A DNA stretch of 62,712 nt, from the sequence record DRR723986_1430. One strand, given 5' to 3'. The notes beneath the pieces are model-generated. The model worked only from the letters and a program-made list of their open reading frames with translations. It was not told the origin of the DNA and ran no database searches. The translations under genes were made by a program, and so were the position numbers. This document shows positions 50,473 to 58,714 of this stretch, one piece after another (within the stretch, counting starts at the first letter, position 1; each line of letters begins with the position of its first letter).

Positions 50473-51495
50473 TTGAAAGTTAAGCCACGCGACATTTCGA
50501 CAGTGCTGAAGTCAGTGCCGCCCGGCACAAGGGCTGTGCTGGTCTTTGGCCGCGATGAGGGTTTGGTGCGTGAGCGGGCGCAGGCAGTGGGAAAACAAAT
50601 TGCCGAAGACCTTTCTGACCCCTTTCAGGTGGTGCGCCTGGGCCCAGACGCGGTGAAAGCTAGCCCTTCTATTCTTCTGGATGAAGTGTCTGCCATTTCC
50701 ATGATGGGCGGTCGCCGATTGGTCCGCCTTGAGGGCGCAGGCATAGAATCTGCCGAACCGGTTAAGCTGGTGCTGGCATCTAATCAAGGCGATGGCTTGT
50801 TGGTTATAACTGCCGGTGATTTGAAACCAACCTCGGCTCTCAGAAAGGCTTGTGAAACAGCCAAGAATGCACAAGTGATTGCGTGCTACGAAGACAGCGC
50901 GCAGGATTTGTTTGGCTTGGTGCAGTCCACCCTTTCCGCGGCGGGCCTTGGTGCTAGCCAGGATGCGGTTAGTTACCTTGTTGACAATTTGGGCGGTGAC
51001 CGGATGGTGTCCCGGTCTGAACTGGATAAGCTTATTCTCTACATGGGAGAGGGTGGCGGGCAGGTAACGCTGGAAGACGCAAAAGCCTGTGTCGGCGACA
51101 CGGCGGCGCTAGGCCTTAACCAAATTGCTGAGGCAGTAACCGCTGGCAATATGAAAGACCTCGAGAAGTTTTTGGAGCGCGCCTGGACATCAGGTGAAAA
51201 TGCCATTGCTATTTTGCGTACGTTGCAAAACAGGTTAATGCGGCTTCATATGGCCCGCGCGCATGTGGATAAGGGCGTGAACCCGATGGAGGCAACCAAC
51301 AAGCTGCGTCCACCCGTGTTTTATGCCGAAAAAGACAAATTTGCCCGTCAGTTAAACTCTTGGTCGTCTACAAAACTTGAGCAAGCCTTAAGTATTCTGA
51401 TTGATGCTGAACTTGATTGTAAAACTACTGGCAATCCTGCGGATGTTATCTGTGCTCGTGCGCTTTTACGCCTTGCCAAAGCGGTTCGGCATTAA
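50473..51495 (+). CDS. holA: DNA polymerase III delta subunit
   Basis: LVFGRDEGLVRE, SMMGGRRLV, SELDKLILY and LRPPVF. Confidence 0.93.
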   Translation: MKVKPRDISTVLKSVPPGTRAVLVFGRDEGLVRERAQAVGKQIAEDLSDPFQVVRLGPDAVKASPSILLDEVSAISMMGGRRLVRLEGAGIESAEPVKLVLASNQGDGLLVITAGDLKPTSALRKACETAKNAQVIACYEDSAQDLFGLVQSTLSAAGLGASQDAVSYLVDNLGGDRMVSRSELDKLILYMGEGGGQVTLEDAKACVGDTAALGLNQIAEAVTAGNMKDLEKFLERAWTSGENAIAILRTLQNRLMRLHMARAHVDKGVNPMEATNKLRPPVFYAEKDKFARQLNSWSSTKLEQALSILIDAELDCKTTGNPADVICARALLRLAKAVRH

Positions 51496-51537
51496 TCTAG
51501 TTTTGTTACTCAGTGTTTGGGTGTCCTGCATAACGCT

Positions 51538-52176
51538 TTAGTCTTCTATTTGCAGATATCCATAGGCAAAGTCTGCTACTTCGTGTGTAAAATCACTGTC
51601 GGATATTTCTTTGGCCCAATCAGCGGACTGTTGCTTAAACAAACCGCGCTCCAGCAGAATATTGTTGAAATAATAAGCCAGCATGCGGGCCGCTTTGTCG
51701 TGGTTTGTTTTTTTTATATCGTCGCTATATAGCGCAATAATCATGGTCATTGCATTCAGCATTGCGGCTTCAAACTGGTTACCGCTCTCGCCCAGTAGCC
51801 CTAAGTGGCTGCGCCCATGCAAATAAATCGCCCGCAAAATATGCGTTTGTTGTTCCATTTGTCGCCACGCAGTTTGTGCCAGTCGGCGCAACGCTTCTCG
51901 AAGTGTACAGCCTTCTATATCCATTTGCGCATCAGGGGATGCCGCCCATTCGTTCAGGCGCTCCAGATACAGATCAAATAAAACCGGAATAAACCCCTGT
52001 TTTTTATCGAATCGTCGATAGACGGAAGCCGCTGATACGCCGGCCTCTGCGGCAATTTGATGAACGCTAATGTCTGCAAAGTCATTTTCCAACAGCAAAT
52101 TTTCCAGCGCTTTCAATAGCTTGTCGCGCGTTTTCCGCGATCGTCCTTGATGGGTTTTTTTGGCGCCTTGACTCAT
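51538..52176 (-). CDS. TetR/AcrR-family transcriptional regulator
   Basis: QGRSRKTR...ISVHQIAAEAGVSAASVYRRF helix-turn-helix. Confidence 0.92.
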   Translation of the reverse strand: MSQGAKKTHQGRSRKTRDKLLKALENLLLENDFADISVHQIAAEAGVSAASVYRRFDKKQGFIPVLFDLYLERLNEWAASPDAQMDIEGCTLREALRRLAQTAWRQMEQQTHILRAIYLHGRSHLGLLGESGNQFEAAMLNAMTMIIALYSDDIKKTNHDKAARMLAYYFNNILLERGLFKQQSADWAKEISDSDFTHEVADFAYGYLQIED

Positions 52177-52192
52177 TGTGTTAAATTCCCAT

Positions 52193-52217
52193 ATGTAAAC
52201 GTAAATTACATTTACAT
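52193..52217. promoter_or_regulatory. Putative TetR operator, 25-bp near-perfect palindrome
   Basis: ATGTAAACGTAA-A-TTACATTTACAT in the short divergent gap. Confidence 0.72.
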
Positions 52218-52269
52218 TATATATACAAATATATGAAAAACAATGGTTTTAATAGTGTGGAGGATAGAA

Positions 52270-52992
52270 ATGTTTGAAGAAACAACAGTGACGCTTTTGG
52301 ATTACCTGGCGGTCTCGCTGATATTTTTAGTTTACGTGGTTCGCAATTATTTGCGCCATCGCCGCATGCGGGACCGAATGGATTCCGGCGAAGAGGGTAT
52401 CTTGATTTTGGAATATAAAGACACACTCACCATTCTGTGGGGAGGCGCGGCCCTAATGATGGCTGTGTGGCTTTATGGCGAACGAACGCATGCGGATATG
52501 GGGCTGATTATTAGCAGCTCTAGCGATCACTTGATTGGATGGGTCGTTGTGGCTGCTTTGTCTTTGGTATTGGCTTCGCAGGTTCGCTCCGTCGCCAGAA
52601 ACCCAAAGTCGGCGGAGGCAGTACGTGCTTCAATTGAAGGCGAGCCCGGTGTCATGCGCATTCTGCCGAAAACCGAACAAGAATATTTCTGGTTTAAGGC
52701 TTTGTCGGTTACGGCGGGCATAACCGAAGAAATAATATTTCGAGGCTATCTGATTTGGTTTTTTGGGTTGTGGTTGCCGCTTTGGTGGGCTGCGCTGGTT
52801 GCGCTCACCTTTTTTGTTGCGGCACATCTTTATCAGGAATCAGCTAAGGCGCTAATGAAGGTGGCAGTGATTGGGGCGCTTCTTACGGTTGTCTATCTGT
52901 TTTCCGGTTCATTGCTTGCTGCAATAGTGCTGCATGCTGTGATAGACCTAACCAGCGGTGCTGTTGTGCGCAAGGCCCTTGTTGGTGCTTAA
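52270..52992 (+). CDS. CPBP (Abi/CAAX) intramembrane glutamic endopeptidase
   Basis: AGITEEIIFRG, FVAAHLYQ and LHAVID; multiple transmembrane segments. Confidence 0.9.
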   Translation: MFEETTVTLLDYLAVSLIFLVYVVRNYLRHRRMRDRMDSGEEGILILEYKDTLTILWGGAALMMAVWLYGERTHADMGLIISSSSDHLIGWVVVAALSLVLASQVRSVARNPKSAEAVRASIEGEPGVMRILPKTEQEYFWFKALSVTAGITEEIIFRGYLIWFFGLWLPLWWAALVALTFFVAAHLYQESAKALMKVAVIGALLTVVYLFSGSLLAAIVLHAVIDLTSGAVVRKALVGA

Positions 52993-53010
52993 CCCCAGTA
53001 AACAGGGCAC

Positions 53011-53040
53011 AAAAAAACGACCCGCTTTACGGGTCGTTTT
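53011..53040. terminator. Bidirectional Rho-independent terminator
   Basis: AAAAAAACGACCCG-CTTTA-CGGGTCGTTTT between the convergent CPBP and secB genes. Confidence 0.85.
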
Positions 53041-53069
53041 ATAATTCGAAGATCAATGTTCGGATAGAA

Positions 53070-53633
53070 TTAATTCAAATTGATCGGCGCTGGCGCGTCG
53101 CTGTTAGTTTGAGCTTCGCCGTTGGTGTCAGCTGCTTCTTGCGCTTGCTGCTGCTGATACAGCGCATCAAAGCTAATTGGCTCCAGAAGCAATGGCGGGA
53201 AGCCGCCGTCGCGCGTGGCGTCAGCAATAATACGGCGGGCAAACGGGAACATTAAAGTTGGTGCCTGAACCAAAAGGAACGGCTTGATCGCCTGCTCGTC
53301 AACATTACGAATGCCAAACAGTGTGCCGTATGAAAGCTCGGCAACAAAGGCAACCTGACGCTCGCCGGATTCGGCAACATTTTCTGCTTTTGCAGAAATC
53401 TTCAGATCAACCTCATACATTTCGTCATTCATTTTGCGCACACCCACATTGACACTGACATCAATGGCAGGCTTGCTGCCTGAAGTGTTCTGCATGCTTG
53501 CAGGCGCATTGGGGTTTTCAAAAGACAAGTCTTTTACATATTGCGCGAGCACACCCGCTTGCGGGGCTTCTGCGCCCTGAGGGGCAGCGCCGCCTACAGG
53601 TGTTTGTGTGTTATCAAATTCATTATCAGCCAT
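53070..53633 (-). CDS. secB: Protein-export chaperone SecB
   Basis: QYVKDLSFENPNAP, FPFARRII and GGFPPLLLEPISFDALY. Confidence 0.96.
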   Translation of the reverse strand: MADNEFDNTQTPVGGAAPQGAEAPQAGVLAQYVKDLSFENPNAPASMQNTSGSKPAIDVSVNVGVRKMNDEMYEVDLKISAKAENVAESGERQVAFVAELSYGTLFGIRNVDEQAIKPFLLVQAPTLMFPFARRIIADATRDGGFPPLLLEPISFDALYQQQQAQEAADTNGEAQTNSDAPAPINLN

Positions 53634-53805
53634 TTTTTCACTCTTCAGTGTGGTTATTCATTAACTATAAGCCAGCTTATATGCTGGCGCGGTGGTTTAT
53701 ACCGCCCTGCTGACGGCAAATTCGGTCGGAGGGCTACCATGCTTTCCCTTTTTGAACAACTATCAAAACCATTCTATGGCGGCATATACACCAAAGAAGG
53801 CGGTT

Positions 53806-54345
53806 TTATGGGGTGTTTTTGCCATTTGGTGGCACTTCCTCGATAACTTTTGCGTCTTCCGGGTTTTGGGCATTAGGGTTTTGGCGGTCAGGGTTGTCGT
53901 TCACCCCTTCTTCGGTGAAATCTCCATCGATTATGATGGTTGGCTTGCCGTTTTCGCTGCGATGACTGTAGTAAAACTTTTTACTACTGCGCGCCGCAGC
54001 ACCTGCGAGCCCGAGTCGCCCAAGCATCAGCCGAATTGGTGGAATTAGCAACAGGCCACCTAAGGCATCTGTGATAAAGCCCGGGAAAAACAGAAAGCCC
54101 CCCGCAACCAACAGAAAAAACCCGTGAACCAAAGGCTCAACAATTGGCTGGCCACTGACACCGGCACCTTGAAGGTCGGCTATGACCTTTAGGCCCTGCA
54201 TACGAATAAGAGATAGCCCAACACCTGCAGTTAGCAGGCACAGAAGAATTGTTGATAAAGCGCCAATGTCACTGCCAACCTCAATCAGAACGCTTAATTC
54301 AATGAGGGGAACGCCAACAAACAATAATAAAAAAATCCACGCCAA
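53806..54345 (-). CDS. fxsA: FxsA-family membrane protein
   Basis: PLIELSVLIEVG and PGFITDALG. TTG start at 54345 with GGAG upstream. Confidence 0.88.
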   Translation of the reverse strand: MAWIFLLLFVGVPLIELSVLIEVGSDIGALSTILLCLLTAGVGLSLIRMQGLKVIADLQGAGVSGQPIVEPLVHGFFLLVAGGFLFFPGFITDALGGLLLIPPIRLMLGRLGLAGAAARSSKKFYYSHRSENGKPTIIIDGDFTEEGVNDNPDRQNPNAQNPEDAKVIEEVPPNGKNTP

Positions 54346-54454
54346 GCTTTGATCTCCTGCCTGCAAACCATCGTATTGTATTTATCTCTAGCACATTTGG
54401 CCGACAGCGAACCAATGTGTGCTGTTCAGGCAGGCCTTATTCCTACCATGATAT

Positions 54455-54485
54455 CTTGTTCTTTAAACCGAAACCTCCTATCTAT
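54455..54485 (+). promoter_or_regulatory. RpoH-type promoter upstream of the Tim44-like gene
   Basis: CTTG-N18-CCTATCTAT, the same spacing as the dnaK promoter. Confidence 0.5.
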
Positions 54486-54653
54486 AAGGGAATGAAGTGA
54501 TCTTTCTTCAATGAGAATATGTATGTTTCTGGTGAATTGCATGCAAACAGCAAGTGCTAGTGATGTATAATTTGCCACCTGAAACAGTGTGATACTGGTG
54601 AAGATGCCAGTGAAAAATCGATAACGATAGTGTTGTAAACGAGCAAAAACGTA

Positions 54654-55310
54654 ATGTTAGACATAGTTTTAATGGCCATGGTTGCGATCTTTATAGCCCT
54701 TAGATTGCGGGCGGAACTGGGTAAAAAAACGGGTAATGAACCCCTGCCCCCCCGGGCAGACCGCATGCCCTATTCTGCTGATCAGGGCACCACAATTGAT
54801 GCCGAACCAGTAGAAGCTCAACCGCGCGACACAGACATTGTAGACCTAAATCAGGACCCTACCGTTCGAGCTGGTTTGAGCGATATCCGTCGGGCAGACA
54901 AATATTTTGATGCGGGCGAGTTTGTTGAGGGCGCGAAAAGCGCCTACCAGATGATTTTGGAAGCCTTCTGGTCTGGTGACAAGGAAGCCCTCAAGGACTT
55001 CCTCGATGAAACTGTATTGAACCAGTTTTCAGGTGCAATAGACCAACGTGACCAGGAAGGTTTGGCCCTTGAGAATCGCCTGCTGGACATTACCGGAGCT
55101 GACATTATTGGCGCCACTCTTGACAAACGACAGGCCGAAATCACGGTGCATTTTTCTGCTGAAATAATCGCTGTAACACGCGATTCTAGTGGTCGTGTTG
55201 TAGACGGTGACATATCAGACGCGGTTGACCTTGAAGACAAATGGACATTTGCCCGGGACGTGAAAGCGCGCGATCCAAACTGGACATTGGTCGCCACCCG
55301 CGCAGGTTAA
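54654..55310 (+). CDS. Tim44/TimA-family adaptor protein
   Basis: N-terminal transmembrane segment then LRAELGKKTG; FVEGAKSAYQMI and WTFARD...PNWTLVAT. Confidence 0.9.
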   Translation: MLDIVLMAMVAIFIALRLRAELGKKTGNEPLPPRADRMPYSADQGTTIDAEPVEAQPRDTDIVDLNQDPTVRAGLSDIRRADKYFDAGEFVEGAKSAYQMILEAFWSGDKEALKDFLDETVLNQFSGAIDQRDQEGLALENRLLDITGADIIGATLDKRQAEITVHFSAEIIAVTRDSSGRVVDGDISDAVDLEDKWTFARDVKARDPNWTLVATRAG

Positions 55311-55314
55311 AAAC

Positions 55315-56523
55315 ATGAAGCTGCAAACGATTATTGGGCTGGCGTTGCTTTTATTGCTATTGCCAGCCCTTTTTCTTGCCCTTGCCTTTATTCAACCGGC
55401 AAAAACCGGCCTCGATTTTAAGCCGGTTTCCTTCGCGGACTTGCCGGGCTGGAATAGTGCGCAGCTTATGGGTGCCGCGCCTGCGCTTCGCCGGTCCTGT
55501 GAAAAATTGCAAGCGCTGCCGGCAGGCCGTCGTCTGCCGGGCGCGTCTATCGGCGGCGTTGGGGCAGACTGGCACGCAGGGTGTGATGCTTTGCTAAAGG
55601 CGGCTTCAGAACAAACCTTAAAAGCAGCACTCATTGAGCATTTTACCCCTCTCAAGGTCTCATTAGGCGGTGAAAGCAACGGCAAGTTTACCGGCTATTA
55701 TGAAACGTTGTTGCAGGGCAGCAGGACACAATCGGCCCGGTTTAACGTGCCGCTTTATGCCCGCCCGCCTGAGTTGGTGATGGTTGACCTTGGCACCTTC
55801 CGAAGCGACCTGAAAGGCAGGCGCATTGCAGGTCAGGTTGAAGGCGGTAGGTTGCGCCCCTACCCAAACCGACGTGAGATTGAGGGGGGTCATTTGAATG
55901 GCCGCGACCTTGAACTGGTGTGGGTTGATAGCGCGGTGGATGCTTTTTTTCTTCATATTCAGGGGTCTGGCAGAATACAAATGCAAGACGGTACCATGCT
56001 GCGTGTTGGCTATGCGGGGCAAAACGGTCATATCTATTCAGCCATCGGTCGTTTTTTGATCGCCGAAGGGCAAATTGCGCGTGAAAATATGTCTATGCAA
56101 TCCATTCGGGCATGGCTTCAGGTCAACCCTGATAAGGCTGCAGATATGTTAAACCGGAATGCATCCTACATATTTTTTCGTGAGCTTTCCGGCAGTGATG
56201 GGCCTTTTGGCTCTGCTAATGTGCCATTGACAGCAGGACATTCGCTGGCGGTTGACAGAAAGCACTTGCCGCTGCATGCCCCTGTTTGGCTTTCCTCTAG
56301 CCACCCTGACCCGGTGTCGGCTGCCGCGCCGCCTGTTCCGTTTAATCGCTTAATGGTGGCACAAGACACCGGCGGGGCTATTACAGGCGAAATCCGCGGT
56401 GATGTTTTTTGGGGTTTTGGCGACGAGGCTGAAGAAATCGCCGGGCGGATGGCAAATCAGGGGCGCTACTGGCTCATACTTCCGAAAGCGTTGGCGCGCG
56501 TTGCTGCCGGGGAAGACAGTTGA
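55315..56523 (+). CDS. mltA: Membrane-bound lytic murein transglycosylase A
   Basis: FTGYYE, FFLHIQGSG, NASYIFF and AQDTGGAI...RGDVFWG (3D domain). Confidence 0.93.
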   Translation: MKLQTIIGLALLLLLLPALFLALAFIQPAKTGLDFKPVSFADLPGWNSAQLMGAAPALRRSCEKLQALPAGRRLPGASIGGVGADWHAGCDALLKAASEQTLKAALIEHFTPLKVSLGGESNGKFTGYYETLLQGSRTQSARFNVPLYARPPELVMVDLGTFRSDLKGRRIAGQVEGGRLRPYPNRREIEGGHLNGRDLELVWVDSAVDAFFLHIQGSGRIQMQDGTMLRVGYAGQNGHIYSAIGRFLIAEGQIARENMSMQSIRAWLQVNPDKAADMLNRNASYIFFRELSGSDGPFGSANVPLTAGHSLAVDRKHLPLHAPVWLSSSHPDPVSAAAPPVPFNRLMVAQDTGGAITGEIRGDVFWGFGDEAEEIAGRMANQGRYWLILPKALARVAAGEDS

Positions 56524-57152
56524 GCAAAAGAAAACAGCCAACCAATCCTCAACCTCACACGTCTGATGACCTTACATCCAGGGACAGGGCGGTTTGGAAC
56601 GCTGTTACTAAAGATATCACCCCGCTGGGCGCGCGGCCAGAAACACCGCCACCGCCAAAAGCGCCCATTCCGCGTATCATTAGAAACGATAGTTTGCCCC
56701 AAGAGTGGTTTGTTGGATCTGCGCCCGAACCCACCGCCAAACTGGACCGAAAAACCCGGCGCAATATTGTAAAGGGCAGGCAGGAGTTTGATCGTTCCGT
56801 CGATCTGCACGGTATGACACAGGACAATGCCCTAACTACACTGCGGCGGGTTATTGAAGGCTGTATCCGGCGCGGCGACAAAACTATTCTTGTTATAACA
56901 GGCAAAGGCGGTGCCCGTTTTTCGCAAACCCAAGCCGCTAAGCCGGTTGCTTATCGAACGCGAAATGAGTTCGATAATCATAGTGGGGTTTTAAGGCGCA
57001 TGGTGCCTTTATGGCTTGCAGGCGCTGATTTAAAACCTTTCGTCCATTCATATGCACCTGCGGCACAGGAGCACGGCGGGGAAGGTGCGCTGTATGTTGT
57101 GCTGAGGCGCCGTGCGCCGGGTTTGTCGAAAACCGGGCCTGTCAAACCGTGA
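56520..57152 (+). CDS. Smr/MutS2 C-terminal domain protein
   Basis: DLHGMT, VITGKG and HGGEGALYV. Confidence 0.9.
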   Translation: MSKRKQPTNPQPHTSDDLTSRDRAVWNAVTKDITPLGARPETPPPPKAPIPRIIRNDSLPQEWFVGSAPEPTAKLDRKTRRNIVKGRQEFDRSVDLHGMTQDNALTTLRRVIEGCIRRGDKTILVITGKGGARFSQTQAAKPVAYRTRNEFDNHSGVLRRMVPLWLAGADLKPFVHSYAPAAQEHGGEGALYVVLRRRAPGLSKTGPVKP

Positions 57153-57526
57153 CCCCGTTTGGTGAAAAGCTACGACAACTGCGTGCGACGCGCGGTGTTG
57201 ACCAAGCCACAATGGCCGCTGAACTGGGTGTTTCTGCAGCCTATATGTCTGCGCTCGAGCACGGTAAAAAAGGCGCCCCTTCTTGGGCATTAATGCAAAA
57301 AATCATCCAGTATTTCGGCTTAATCTGGGATGATGCTGAAGACCTGCAAACCAGTGCACAATTGTCAAAGCCACGTGTCACCATTGATACGTCCGGACTT
57401 GACCCAAAGGCAACGCGGGCGGTCAATATGCTATCAAAAAGAGTGGGGCATTTGTCTTCGGCAGAGCTAGGCGCATTGCTGAACATACTCGAGAACGGGT
57501 CTGGTGCGCCCCAAAAAACGGATTAA
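57149..57526 (+). CDS. XRE-family HTH transcriptional regulator
   Basis: MTPFGEKLRQLR...SAAYMSALEHGKKG...IWDDAE; the conserved partner gene downstream of smr. Confidence 0.88.
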   Translation: MTPFGEKLRQLRATRGVDQATMAAELGVSAAYMSALEHGKKGAPSWALMQKIIQYFGLIWDDAEDLQTSAQLSKPRVTIDTSGLDPKATRAVNMLSKRVGHLSSAELGALLNILENGSGAPQKTD

Positions 57527-58530
57527 TACCCTAATATTTCTTGGCGCAATGTCTTGCCCGCCCATGCCTGTTTTTCGCCGCTTTCAGCCTGTCTGACCAA
57601 AGCAACAATTGCGCTATTAATGGGGGCCGGCAGCTGAAGGCTTTTTGCCAGCTTGACCACTTCCCCATTCAGAAAATCAATCTCTGTCGCGCGGCCAGCG
57701 GCAAAGTCGTCCGCCATTGATGAGCGTGCGCGCGCATCAATTTTTTGTAGCCTCAAGCCAATTGTGTTGAAGAAGAAATTGGGCGCACCAATGAAAGCGG
57801 GCAGCCATTTGGGCGGGAAGGCAGTTGCTTTGGCGGGTGTAATGCCTGCTGCTGCCAAAATGGCTAAAGCTTCACGAATGCTGGCGGCGACGATGCGGCG
57901 ATAATTACGGTCTGACAGTTCTTCAAGCAAAGTAACACCTGATAGTGCATTGATCGCATTATTGAGATTTACCAGTAATTTACCCCAAGCAATCGCGGTC
58001 ATATTATCGCTTAGCGTTAGCGCAGCAGGGCCACTATCTGTTGCGCTGACAATAGGCGCGAGCGCAGCATGCTCTTCTGCAATCAAAAAGCCTTGCGTGC
58101 CTTTGTGCCAATGACCGCTGTCCAGTAGAGCAACATTGAATGGTACCATACCAGCTAAAACTACCTGGTCTGGCAGCAAGGCGCGCAACGTCTCAACGTT
58201 GCTGATGCCATTTTGCAGGCTTATTACCACCGCCCCCGCTCTAGCGTGCTGTTTAATTTCAGCGGCCGCCCTTTCGGTGCCGGTGCTTTTAACGGCAAGG
58301 CCAATAATGTCTGCCTCATTGAGGGCAGAAGGGTTATTGAAAAACGCAATATTTTTCGTTTTAAGCTTGGTTTCGTATCCGGCATAATCGGTCAGCCGTA
58401 GGCCATGGTCTTTAATGGCATTACCCACATAGTCACGGCCAATAAGGGTAACGTCTAGTCCTGATGCGGCCCAAACACCACCAACAAAACACCCGATTGA
58501 CCCCGCTCCGTGGATAGCAACTTTTGTCAT
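57523..58530 (-). CDS. panE: 2-dehydropantoate 2-reductase (PanE/ApbA family)
   Basis: GAGSIG, LQNGI, WGKLLVNLNN and SSMADD...TEIDFLNG. Confidence 0.85.
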   Translation of the reverse strand: MTKVAIHGAGSIGCFVGGVWAASGLDVTLIGRDYVGNAIKDHGLRLTDYAGYETKLKTKNIAFFNNPSALNEADIIGLAVKSTGTERAAAEIKQHARAGAVVISLQNGISNVETLRALLPDQVVLAGMVPFNVALLDSGHWHKGTQGFLIAEEHAALAPIVSATDSGPAALTLSDNMTAIAWGKLLVNLNNAINALSGVTLLEELSDRNYRRIVAASIREALAILAAAGITPAKATAFPPKWLPAFIGAPNFFFNTIGLRLQKIDARARSSMADDFAAGRATEIDFLNGEVVKLAKSLQLPAPINSAIVALVRQAESGEKQAWAGKTLRQEILGY

Positions 58531-58645
58531 AGTGATTGTCCTAAGTCGATTATGCAGCCCGGCGTTTTTACGGTCTGATTTGCCAGCTAATGTAGTTATA
58601 CAGATGTTTTACAAATGCGAGAGCAAATTTACTGCGAACCAACAT

Positions 58646-58660
58646 GTTCTTGATTTGTTC
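58646..58660. promoter_or_regulatory. Alphaproteobacterial LexA box GTTC-N7-GTTC upstream of comM
   Basis: GTTC-TTGATTT-GTTC, 55-69 bp upstream of the comM ATG. Confidence 0.8.
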
Positions 58661-58714
58661 CTTCTGTGTGGTAGTCTGCCGGGTATTTTGGCTTTCAGCA
58701 GATAGTGGCACGAT

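Noticed and set aside
52270..52992. The CPBP ('Abi') gene as an anti-phage abortive-infection system
   Set aside because: The Abi label for this family is historical; there is no defence-island context.
53861..53905. Degenerate 15-bp repeats in the fxsA C-terminus (NPDRQ-NPNAQ-NPEDA)
   Set aside because: In-frame low-complexity tail with no evidence of a separate function.
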